Source: Leptogorgia sarmentosa
Lineage: Eukaryota
NCBI GenBank assembly: GCA_964658305.1
Contig: OZ210886.1
Location: 310,001 to 374,000 of the forward strand
Reading direction: 5' to 3'
DNA length: 64,000 bases
The notes below the pieces were generated by a model. It made no database searches, was not told where the DNA came from, and worked only from the letters and a program-made list of their open reading frames with translations. The position numbers and the translations under genes were made by a program. Shown here in pieces: positions 42,849 through 55,177 of the stretch (its first letter is position 1; the number at the start of each line of letters is the position of its first letter).

Positions 42849-43677
42849 GGTGCAACTAGTGCATGTAATGTAGGAAATTTCTCTTTATCCTCAAAATTTA
42901 TACTCATTGATTTTTCGCAGATTTGCAGAAGCTGAGCAGCTGAATTTATTGCGGTGCCGTGCTGGTATTGTTCGGTGAAATATATCCATTAGTTTAATAT
43001 TTCTTAAATAATGATTTTATTTGCCGCCTTAACAAAACGTTGTTGAAACAGCAACATTTTTGGATTGTAATATCTATATGAAAAGAATTCCAATTTAATT
43101 AAAATTATGAGATCAAAGACAAATGTATCCTTAAAGTATATGTAGTACGGGGGAAGAAACACTTCTACTCCCCGCAACATTCGCTCATTTTCGCAAACCT
43201 CGTTGCAGAAACAGATTATGTGAGAAAAGTTTGTCAGTAAAATCATGGGCAATCAAAGGCACGACGGTGCTTTCGCCTGCTTTTACTTGCCCATTTGTTT
43301 TATTGTCTATCGTAACATTGATTAATTGGAAATGATCGGTGTATAGGCGTACAAGGAAATGTTAGTGAGAAGATGAATTTGAAATTATTTTCCAGAAAAC
43401 TTGAAATGATAGACCGAAAAAATGGCCGTCCCAGATTTTATGGAACTATTGCACCCACCCGGGTTTCTATTATCACTAGCCTTTTGGTTATCATAAAACT
43501 GCCGCGACGTGTCAAATAAGATAACTAATAATATAACTAAAATAACTAATTTTAAATTACAGTATTGGGATTAAACTAAATGAACAAATATTTAATTAAT
43601 GAAATTAGATTTTAATTATAGCCTGGAAAACGTGTGTGCAATGCAGGAAGATATAAATTAACAAATACAATTGTACA
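42795..43677. repeat. Duplicate of ~51227-52108 (SP exon and upstream region of genes B and C)
   Basis: About 880 bp nearly identical; a second block ~44507-44780 matches ~52137-52420. Confidence 0.9.
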
Positions 43678-46091
43678 TATGCAATTGGACCAGAAACTTG
43701 TGCAGAAACTCTAAATAATTTATACTTTATAACCTATCTCTGTTGATATATAGTTAGTTTGTCTGGTTAGCACAGCTGCCTATTTTTCCAAACCCTAGGT
43801 CGAGTTTTAAGGAAACGCTAGCTTTCAAAGCAATACTGCGCGTCCTCAAAGAAAGTGTTACGTCATCACGAAAATATTTCGTCCACTTGAATTGGATACG
43901 ACTCCTTACCAATCCCTTTTGGTTCGATTGCTGAATAGGCGGTCTGTAGAGCGGCGCGGTTTAGTAACCCAAAGATACGAGTTGAATTCCCGCTCGAGAC
44001 AACGAATTTTTCGTTGTCTTCTGAAGTGTCAAATTGATATGAATCTCTGCATGAGGATGCATGCATGGTTCAAAAATATAAGTGCATGAGTGTTGTTAAA
44101 AGGCCAAGTTCACTCAACCGTGGATTACTTTGTCTGGGAGAATAAAATATAGGTTCAAGCTCCTTTTACATGACCAAATTTTCTTTGACAAATCTCATTT
44201 GTCAAACGTTCTTTGGCCGTGTATATATATTAAGGATTTTTCACAAATTCATCTTGACAAATGCATGAATTCAAAAAGCTGGCAGGTTAGCTTTTGAGCA
44301 AATGCATTTGACAAGATTTGTGGGAAAAGAAAATTTGCACCATTGGTTGTGTGAAAGGGATTTTATGTGGTTATATATTATGATCATTATGATCATTATA
44401 TATTATGAATGACAAAACTCTCACTTATCAATAGTCATGCATTCGTACATTGAGGCTATATTTGAATCTCAGTTTCAATACCCACGCATCCCTTACTAGT
44501 TTAGCTAGGTTTAAGATCTTTACATATTAAACGGTTCGTGTTATAGCCAATGATTGATCACCTTGAGTCATGCCACGCACAATATTCCTCCAAAAAAATC
44601 ATTTTTCATTTTTGGCTGCATGATGAATCGTCAGCCGGTAATGAATCACATCTGTAACATGTATCAACAGTGTTTCCCCTTTGACAATATTAATGTCAAA
44701 CAGTTGGGAAAGGAAAGTGTACTAAATTTGCACAACTGTGTATACTTATTCTCACCGGCGCCGACAATAGCGGGTACTAATTATTAACGGTCATTTTGCT
44801 TATTTATGCATGCATCATGTTAGCTATATAGCTAAATGCTAAAAAGCCTAAAATGTCCAATATCCAAGCAAAACCAAGCCGATATTATCATATATAAATC
44901 AGACAAGAAAGGTATCAACAATATACATAAAACAAACACCATAATAAAATGCATGTTTTAGCTAATTGGGTTTAAGATGGCAACATGCAGTGTTCCATTA
45001 CTTAATTCCATAGCATGCGGACGTGAACGTTCAACTAGGCTGGGTTATTTTCGACGAAGTTTCGTTAAGTTAGAAACGGATGTTCTAAGTTCTAAGCTGT
45101 CATTGAAAGGCGTTTTTAGATTCAAATGTAAATCTCGAAAAGCTAGAGCTCGAGACTAGAGTGGCAATTTAATGCAAACCGTTTATGTTTACACCGTCAC
45201 TTGAAAGCTTACTCGGGGTACTCTTTATAACATCCTCGTATTAGAAAGTTGGACATGAAGCAGGAACAGATAAAAGGAAGGGAAAATGTTAATTGCATTT
45301 TCTAAGGATTTTTCGGTAGTGATAGGACAAATGAGCCTTTTAATGAATAAAACTATTTTGAAAATAGTGGGCTGACAGGTTTAAATATATTCCCCACAGA
45401 TTTCCCAGAGATCTCTCGGCTTTACATAGCTGTTTTAAATAGGGGGTGAAGTTAAAGAAAATTTTTTATTACGTGCGCAGAGTATTTTAAAGTATTTTAA
45501 AGTATTTTAAAGAGCCCATAGGCAAGATATATTTTTTCATGGTACGATGATGCGTAGTCAGAATAATTACTAAATGTAAACTAGCGGAGTATTTAAAAAG
45601 ACATTGTTTGTGTAATGTTTCAGATGGTGGTTTAGTTCCTGCATGCCATTAACCATAATTGTTCGCCAAAAAACCAACCATCGGAAGAGTCGCAACAGAA
45701 AAGGTGAAGTATTGAAGTGCAACTGCAAACTAAATTCAGTAAATGAAAACGAAGGCAATCCTCTTCCCAAATTCAATGTCCAGAAGCATCATCACATGAT
45801 ACAATCCAGTAGATGCCTAACAAGTTACGCACCGCTGTGTTATTGGGGGCATTAACCATCTTTTCCAGAGTAGTGGTGTAATAAAATCCTCCATATGTTG
45901 AGTGGACGTATAATAAGGGCACAATTAAATACCACAGAGGAGCAGTGGCAATGATAATTATAAAGTAATTATTTACTAAGTTGCTGGACAAATTGCTCAT
46001 ATGCTCATTTCATTCATTAAATTTAATCATTTAATTAAATTCATTTGCTTTCATTACGTAATTCAATCGAAGTGCCGGTGGTATAGCTAAT

Positions 46092-49000
46092 CTAAAGTCC
46101 AGTAACTCCGTTTACCCAGGAGTAAAGTTCAGCAACATGAGCGTAAACTCCAAAGAATCGAGCAGATGCACAGCCATGACCCCAGCTCGTCACGCCAGTG
46201 AGATGCCAAGAACCATCTCTGTGTTGACAGACAAGTGGACCTGAAAAACAAGTTCAACGAAACAGGTTTAACAAAAACAGGTTTAACAAAACAGGTTTGC
46301 AAAACAAGGCTTAACAAAACAGATTAAAAAACAGGTTAGTGCCACAACATCGAATAAAATAGGACAGTTGGATATGCGAGCTAGCTTCACACTTCTTAAC
46401 TTTTAACTTTTAAATTTCTGGAAATCAAACCGACTTTGGAGTTAGGAAGTAGACGCTGAAATATAATTAATATCCATTGTAAATTGGAGTGTTTTTTATT
46501 CAAGTCTTTCTTTGCAGTATTTCCTTACTTTGATATACATTAAACTAGCTGAACTATAAATAACAAATGTTTCATTCTATAATCTCACCTCCGCTGTCAC
46601 CCTGGCAAGTGTCGATACCACCTTGAGAATATCCAGCACACAACATCCTATCAGTAATACTGCTACCATATGATTCTCTGCATTTCTGTGCAGTTACAAT
46701 AGGAACTTGGGCTTCCTGTAAGGTGTTGGGCGTTGATCCACCACTTGAAAGTCTTCCCCATCCAGTAATGTAACAGCGTTGACCTTGGTAGAAATAACAT
46801 GTCAGTACTGGTGTTATTAATGAATATACCATCCGATAGGGAACTTTACTATCAAATACGTAACCCACAGAGTTAATTTATTGATTGTGGTACTTTCCCA
46901 TTCAGGTTATTTTGTATGCGAAATTGGGCCCATTCTCGATACATGAACTACCGAAATATAAATAGAGTAAATACCCTTGACCTAAACCACAATTCCAACC
47001 TATTTCGGCATGGTGGTGTTTCACTACCATACAATTAAATTGTAACTTGCCGCCTCCAATTCTGGCGGCGCTTTTGCTTGCCTTTGATTTGAATAACTTT
47101 GCTTACCAGTAAAATCTATGCCTGTGTTGATGCAGACGGGCTTTATTCTTTGTGTATACTGAACACTTCTTTTAAGCTTGATGATTGCAATATCATTATC
47201 ATAACCCGTTTTGCTAGGGTCGTAGTTGGGATGAACTGTTATACCATTTGTTTCTATACTGATATCCTGTTCATGTCCTTCATTTGTGGACATTTCATGT
47301 TCGCCGAGTCTGATCTGAAGATAGAAAGTCAGTTAGACGAATATTATAACGCAAAACGAAGCATAAAATTATGTAGAAAACATGCTCATGCCAAGGCTAA
47401 TTAAGCCTTCTTGCTTTAGTGGAATTAACGAAAGTACATCAGTTAAAACGTGTTATTATTAAAGTGGTAGCTAATTTATTGTAATTTCATTTTCTACAAT
47501 GAGGATGTGTACTACTATCAGTTTAAAAACTATTTGCTTGTTTTTGCACAGCCACTTCAATCTTACCGTTACACTATCCCAATCCGTTGATTTGACGCAG
47601 TGAGCAGCAGTAATAATGTATTCGTTTGAAACAAGCGAACCACCACAGAATGGGAAACTTCCTCGCATGAGTGATACTTGCCATGGCCATTCACCTGCTT
47701 GGGCATTTTGTCCACCAACAATTCTAGAGAAATCACTTAAACCACGTCCTTTCTGTCCGCATGATCCTGATGGAGGTCTGGGTGTCACTGGAGGTCTGGG
47801 TGTACCGGGAGATCCTGCACACTGACCTGGTGTAAACGAAATTTCATCCAGTGCAATGTCACCTCGGTAACTATTTCCTGTTGTTCCACGGAAGACAACC
47901 TTTAATTAAATAAAAATAGAATTTGTACCTGATCACTAATTTCGGTACCGGTGACACAATCAGTGTTTCCGAAGAAAGAATTGTCTGCACTTACAGAGTA
48001 ACTGTTTCCATTGGTAATTTGTACTTCAGCTTTCTCCCATTGGTTGCCTTGATCTCCAGATTTCGTCAACAACTGTGACAAAAAACCACTCGTTTTTTGA
48101 TAAACTTCAAGGGATCCGATGTCAGCGCCGTACATGTGGTAAGAGAATCTTAAGCATTGATCGCCGCTCATCTGGGGACTAACAAGATCGGCCATTTCAC
48201 CTTGACTTCTCGGACTTGATGTCTCAATATAAACATAGCTGCCTGCAATTTTCATTAGAGAATGAAACGGCACTTAACCGAGAGCGGCCCTAAAACGAGC
48301 ATTTACGGTATATTACCATTTCCTGGAACGTCGCTTGAAGGTCCTGTGCCACGACTTGGTGTACTTCCACGACGGATTGTCCAGTCAAAGTCATCATTGT
48401 CATCATTTGTGAAAGAACACAGGCTATCTTGGTCGAAGTTACATTTCACTGTGGGAATATTAAGAAGACATCTTTAGTGGTATAGACGATGTATATATCA
48501 AGGGCGTCAATCCTGGGGGACGGGCGGATTGGTGGGACTTGGTTAATTGGGGGGTGACTATATAATTGCCCCTCTCCCCACTTTTTACCATTTCTTGTTT
48601 TCTTTTACTGGTGACTATAGTCATTACAAAACTTATACAGCTATATAATATATAATGGTAGCAATCTTTCATTCATACACCAGAACGGGCCTACCAGAGA
48701 GGTAGATTTATGACTCTGAAATGATTGTTGCAATCTAGAGGTTTTAATGGTCTTGCATGTCTAACACCACAACTGTACAGACAGTGGGTTAGATTTGCAC
48801 GGAGACAGAATAAGGTGCTATTTCTAAAACCACTGTAGTACCTGTTGTGCAACTTCCTGGTGTAAAGCTGACAGCATCAATTGCAATATCGCCTCGGTAA
48901 TCATTCCCACGAGTACCTTCAAACTTAACCTAGAATATTTAGAAAGTGGGACAATTAGTTTAATTCTCTAAACAATTAGTCTAACACACAACGAACAGCC

Positions 49001-51280
49001 TTTGCTAAAAAGTCGAATGTTGGTCTATTTTAAACGTTGTAATTGGATCGTTTACTCCACTTTTCTTCATCAATTCTCACCACTGACTTACCTTATATGT
49101 TCCATGTTCTGAGATTGGTGCTTTCACGTCCACCCATTGGTTTCCTTGATCTCCAGATTTTGAAAATATCTTGTTGTTGCCGGCAAAAATGTTTAGTGAT
49201 CCAATACCAGAACCGTACATATGGTAGGAAAATTTCATGCATTGTGGACCATTTAAATCAGGTGTTAAAATGGTAGCTTTATCACCTGCGACTCGTGGAT
49301 TAGAAGTTTCAATGTACAGATAATAACCTGCAAAAAAGTGACAAAAATTTTGCAATGACTTCATTTTGTAGCATTACAAGATTTCTCAGTGGCACTCAAA
49401 TATCGAACGAAATACTAAACGCTTTCTAATCTATTTGAAGTAGCTTGACCAGTTCATAAACGTAGGCTAATTTAAATTTAATGTAGCTAATTCTATAGGT
49501 ACATTTCTATCTTTACATTCAGACTTATACTGTTAGTAAAAATTCAGGTTTATTGAAAGGTTTACCTGTGCCGCTGACGTCAGAGGTTGGCCCTGTCGAA
49601 CCACTGGGGGTAGAACCTTGGCGAACCGTCCAATAAAACTGTCCAGCGCCATTTTGATAACTGCAGGAGCTTCCACCATCAAAGTTACAATCAGCTAAAC
49701 GAAATCACAAAAAAAACTAGAAAAACTCGAGAAAAACTCAAGTTAAGGCATTAATACTACTTAAGCAACATTATCTTCCGAACACGGGATAAATGGATGA
49801 AGCATTCAATATTTCAAAGAAAACAACACCCTGATCATGCAACATGAATTAATGCAAACATTTATATTATATGCATGCAATTTTTCCTGCTTGTGGAGAT
49901 CACCGTAGGGCAGAGATTAGTTGCAGGGGTGAAACTAGAGTGTTGATTGGGGTGGGGGTGTGGGTGGGGGTGTGGGTGTGGGTGTAGATTCATATTTTCG
50001 TGTTGTTCCCGTTCCTAAATTTGTTTTAATACTTATTTTTTAAACATAAAATCAACTGTAAACCAAAAAGAAAAACATTTGTTTCCCCAAACCGGAAAAC
50101 CGTCGCAAGAAAGCAAACAAATCTTGCATGTCTAACACCACAACTGTACAGACAGTGGGTTAGATTTGCACGGAGACAGTATAAGGTGCTATTTCTAAAA
50201 CCACTGTAGTACCTGTTGTGCAACTTCCTGGTGTAAAGCTGACAGCATCAATTGCAATATCGCCTCGGTAATCATTCCCACGAGTACCTTCAAACTTAAC
50301 CTAGAATATTTAGAAAGTGGGACAATTAGTTTAATTCTCTAAACAATTAGCCTAACACACAACGAACAGCCTTTGCTAAAAAGTCGAATGTTGGTCTATA
50401 TTTTTTACGTATAATTGGATCGTTTACTCCACTTTTCTTTATCAATTCTCACCACTGACTTACCTTATATGTTCCATGTTCTGAGATTGCTGCTTTCACA
50501 TCCACCCACTGGTTTCCTTGATCTCCAGATTTTGAAAATATCTTTTTGTTGCCGGCAAAAATGTTTAGTGATCCAATACCAGAACCGTACATATGGTAGG
50601 AAAATTTCATGCAGTGTGGACCATTTAAATCAGGTGTTAAAATGGTAGCTTTATCACCTGCGACTCGTGGATGAGAAGTTTCAATGTACAGATAATAACC
50701 TGCAAAAAAGTGACAAAAATTTTGCAATGACTTTGCAATTACAAGATTTCTACTGGCGTTAAAATATCGAATTTCTACGGCCGGCACGAAATACTAAACG
50801 CTTTCGAATCTAAAAAAACGTATATAGGCTAATTTAAATTTAATGTAATTCTATAGGTACATTTCTATCTTTACATCCAGACTTATACTGTTAGTAGAAA
50901 TTCAGGTTTATTGAAAAGTTTACCTGTGCCGCTGACGTCAGAGGTTGGCCCTGTCGAACTACTGGAGGTAGAACCTTGGTGAACCGTCCAATTGAACTGT
51001 CCAGCGCCATTTTGATAACTGCAGGAACTTCCACCATCAAAGTTACAATCAGCTAAACGAAATCACAAAAAAAAATAGAAAAACTCGAGAAAAACTCAAG
51101 TTAAGGCATTAATACTACTTAAGCAACATTATCTTCCGAACACGGGATAAATGGATGAAGCATTCAATATTTCAAAGAAAACAACACCCTGATCATGCAA
51201 AATGAATTAATGCAAATACCTTGAGCCAATACCTGTGTAAGAAAAGGAAGCAAACACAACAAAAGTGTTAAATGTGCCAT
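46092..51280 (-). CDS. Protease gene C: secreted SP-MAM-MAM-MAM-trypsin-type protease
   Basis: SP exon 51220-51280 splices in phase 1 to ADCNFDGG. Three MAM domains, each in three exons, then R|IVGG, TAAHC, DNDIA and [10 protein letters not shown]; ends WVNGVTGL*. Confidence 0.88.
48751..51216. repeat. Tandem duplication of a three-exon MAM module (48751-49858 vs 50122-51216)
   Basis: Exons and introns of the two copies are nearly identical; offset about 1.37 kb. Confidence 0.92.
49924..50012. mobile_element. One-ended fragment of the hAT MITE family seen intact at 58015
   Basis: caggggtgaaactagagtgttgattgggg..(G-rich)..ttcatattttcgtgtt aligns with cagggccgtcgctagaacgttaattgggg..ttcatattttggcgtt. 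Confidence 0.55.
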
Positions 51281-54200
51281 GGTGCAACTAGTGCATGTAA
51301 TGTAGGAAATTTCTCTTTATCCTCAAAATTTATACTCATTGATTTTTCGCAGATTTGCAGAAGCCGAGCAGCTGAATTTATTGCGGCGCCGTGCTGGTAT
51401 TGTTCGGTGAAATATATCCATTAGTTTGATATTTTTTAAATAATGATTTTATTTGCCCCCTTAACAAAACGTTGTTGAAACAGCAACATTTTTGGATTGT
51501 ATATCTATATGAAAAGAATTCCAATTTAATTAAAATTGTGAGATCAAAGACAAATGTATCCTTAAAGTATATGTAGTACGGGGGCAGAAACACTTCTACT
51601 CCCCGCAACATTCGCTCATTTTCGCAAACCTCGTTGCAGAAACAGATTATGTGAGAAAAGTTTGTCAGTAAAATCATGGGCAATCAAAGGCACGACGGTG
51701 CTTTCGCCTGCTTTTACTTGCCCATTTGTTTTATTGTCTATCGTAACATTGATTAATTGGGAATGATCGGTGTATAGGCGTACAAGGAAATGTTAGTGAG
51801 AAGATGAATTTGAAATTATTTTCCAGAAAACTTGAAATGATAGACCGAAAAAATGGCCGTCCCAGATTTTATGGAACTCTTGCACCCACCCGGGTTTCTA
51901 TTGATCACTAGCCTTTTGGTTATCATAAAACTGCCGCGACGTGTCAAATAAGATAACTAATAATATAACTAAAATAACTAATTTTAAATTACAGTATTGG
52001 GATTAATTAACTAAATGAACAAATATTAAATTAATTAAATCAAATTTTAATTATAGACGGGAAAACGTGTGTGCAATGCAGGAAGATAAATTAACAAATA
52101 CGATTGTACAGTTGGATCTTTACAATATGCCCTTTACTAGGTTTAAGATCTTTACATATTAAACGGTTCGTGTTATAGCCAATGATTGGTCACCTTGAGT
52201 CATGCCATGCCACGCACAATATTCCTCCAAAAAATCATTTTTCATTTTTGGCTGCATGATGAATCGTCAGCCTTAGATTTTATGAATCACATCTGTAACA
52301 TGTATCAACAGTGTTGTACCTGTGACAATATTAATGTCAAACAGTTGGGAAAGGAAAGTGTACTAAATTTGCACAACTGTGTATACTTATTCTCACCGGC
52401 GCCGACAATAGCGGGTCCTAATTTTACTACATGGAGAAGAATAATTTTAATAAGAAACACGAATTCAAATCATTCTTCTCAATTTATAATCTTATTCAAA
52501 TTTCTCCTCTCTCCAACACGTCAAAAGGACTAAAAGGCCGGGCTGAAATTTATCCATGTAATCAGCCGCTTATACTCAAGCTACTTTTGAAATTCAGTCA
52601 TCCATTGATTTACGAATGCTGCTTTATGTTGTACATCAGTGAATAGTTTGCAAAAATAACAAACTATAGCTAGTATACTCACCACATTCTATAAATGCAA
52701 TATTCCATTGCTGCCTATAAATCTATTTCGTGATAGGATCCTAATCATATATAAGCAAGTTAGAAAGCTGGACATGAAGGAAGGAGAGTGAAGCAGCAAC
52801 AGATAAAAGAAATGAGAATATCAATTGCATTTTCTAAGGATTCTTCATTAGTGGGACAAATGAGCAAATTATTTTGAGAAGAGTGGGCTGATACCTGAGA
52901 AAGCCGCCGAGTTTATAAATACATTTCCTCCAACAACGTTTTATGTGAAATTATAGCCGTTACAGAATGGTCTGTGCCAGAGTTGATTTACAGGAATAAT
53001 TTGAGGCAATGAATGGCGTATGTGTACGTAACTGAGGCAATTGTAAATTTGACCAATCAGAGAGCGTCATTCCGTGGAGCAATATTTTCAGGCGACATCT
53101 GGAAAATTTATCCGTGTATGACTTTTATCCGGCGGCAAATCCCCGTGACCTTATTTTCTTCCAACTTAGATTGTCTCCTGCTGTGACTGAACCATTGAAC
53201 TGAACCAAAACAGTATATATACATACAGTCATGACAATATAGAATGTGGGATAAATGCAATCCATGGAGACTGGAGTGGTCAGTAAAGCTATACTGTATT
53301 CTGTATTTATTCGTTCAGTTGAGCGCCGCCCACGAATGTGTGCGCGCCGCCTTAGAATAAGCAGGCCGGGTCCGTGTATCTAGGAGTGCAAAATATTAAA
53401 AGAGCGCTGCCCCCCCCCCCCCCCCGAACGAGCGCCGCACTAGTTGTAGCGTAGTTCTTGTTATCACTGATACATAAAGTATTTTTAAAAAGTGCCGTCC
53501 CCGAACGGAGAGAGTTGTTCCCTGTTCGCTTTGACCTTGTGTTTTGTTCCAGCATAATAAATATTAAGTTTCAATAAGTGGAGCATTATATCAATAAGGC
53601 CACATCAATGATTTTAAATTAACTAAACTGAATGTACGTGAATACCCGGATAAATCCGGCTAACAATATATCTATTTTATTTTGGAGTTAATGGACTTTT
53701 CTAAACACTAAATTTAGCCAAAAAATGTCTAAAAATACTACAAAACTATTTTCCAAAGGTTGCGTGCTCGAAACAAGTCTCCTGTTGGATTTAAGCTTTA
53801 TATAATTGTTGTCGGTCAATTAGTCCATTCTCTGCGGTAAAGTTTAAAAAATACTTCAAATGTCGGTTACTATTTTACCGTCTAAAAATATCGGGACAAT
53901 CAAATTAAAAGAGCATTAAGTAGATGACCCGTGTAGATGTTTATGATGTCGGAAAGTTAATAATCGTATGCATGCTTGTCGGATAATCTTGTTTTTTAAA
54001 GAAACATGTAGAAATATGAATACCGATAATCTAGTGTTCATTAACACCTAATTTATATGATAATGGTGTTTTAATACACTGTGAAAGTAAACAAAGTTGT
54101 TTCTATTCAGTTATACTTCATAAGGATTCTGCGGTTTAAGAGTATTGTGGATAGCGGAGTTTCAAAAGGTTTCAAAAATAACTTGCTTGTTCACCAGTTT

Positions 54201-54419
54201 CACTTTGATGCACCGGAATTCGGGCACATGCTTCGCATTCTGTGGACAAAAAGTAATCTTTATGAAATATGTGACAATTTTACGATTTATAAAAATCGTC
54301 GAGGAAGCTTCTTGAATCCAAATCTCAATTATTCTTTCTCGTTTTTATCTGGAACTTTGGCCTCGGCCTTAAATATATCTGTGCAGTCAGAGGTTTTAGA
54401 TTTTTGTCGTTAACGCCAA

Positions 54420-54690
54420 ACCTGGTCAACAATCATCTTCAAAAGTAGTTGGGACATCATTGGCCTTGTGTTAATATATACAAACAACAATAGCCCCCTT
54501 CCCTCCCCCACCCTATTCACGTTTGTTTTTCAATCCATACACTATTGTACGCGAAAATCAAATCTTCACTACAACTCAACATTGAATAGGGGGCGAGGGG
54601 AATTGGCGTTTGAGAAAATGATGTGTATTTGGGGCATCTGTGAGTGTGACGTCCCAACACATTTGGAAATGATTGCAAGATATAGGTGGT
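54420..54690. mobile_element. Possible degenerate MITE
   Basis: Imperfect inverted repeat caatcatcttcaaaagtagttgggacatca / tgacgtcccaacacatttggaaatgattg; ends and TSD not resolved. Confidence 0.4.
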
Positions 54691-55053
54691 CTATGTGCTC
54701 CAGCCTACTGGAAATGTGGATAACCGCTGGCCCTAGTTTGGAAATTGCATGCGCACGTTCAAGGGCTGGTGAAACATGGAAGTACTGATTGGTTGCTTTG
54801 CTTTGAGCAAAGATGTTAACCATATACATAGCGTATTTAAAAACAAAGCTATAATTATATGATTTCATTTACACGGGACAATTAATATGTACTTCGATGA
54901 TAGATTTCCCAAACTGTTAATGTATTTATCTGCATGCAATTCTGCGGGTAGCACGCTTTTCTTTTATGATTGCGCATCAATAAATCAATCAATGTTTTCG
55001 GAGATCAGAGTAAACCGCTGAAGGCAGCAGAAAGCCAGAACTCAGAAGGTTTA

Positions 55054-55177
55054 GGCCTATAGTTCCGACGTCGAACTTTTCATGTGCCGAACCTAATGTT
55101 AATGAGATAAGTTCTTTGTTTGAGCTCATTTGCATCAGGTTCGGCACATGAAACGTTCGACGTTCGAACTATAAGCT
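55054..55177. mobile_element. PIF/Harbinger-like MITE
   Basis: ~45-bp TIRs ggcctatagttccgacgtcgaacttttcatgtgccgaacctaatg / catcaggttcggcacatgaaacgttcgacgttcgaactataagct; TTA on both flanks. Confidence 0.82.

Noticed and set aside
43004..43252. ORF MPMILLTNFSH... and its twin at 51378-51683
   Set aside because: Both lie in the duplicated upstream DNA of genes B and C. An indel changes the frame between copies, and there are no protein motifs.
40680..52420. Genes B and C as a pure assembly artefact
   Set aside because: The copies differ by many substitutions, indels and a frame-preserving junction with filler. Read-level confirmation is still advisable.
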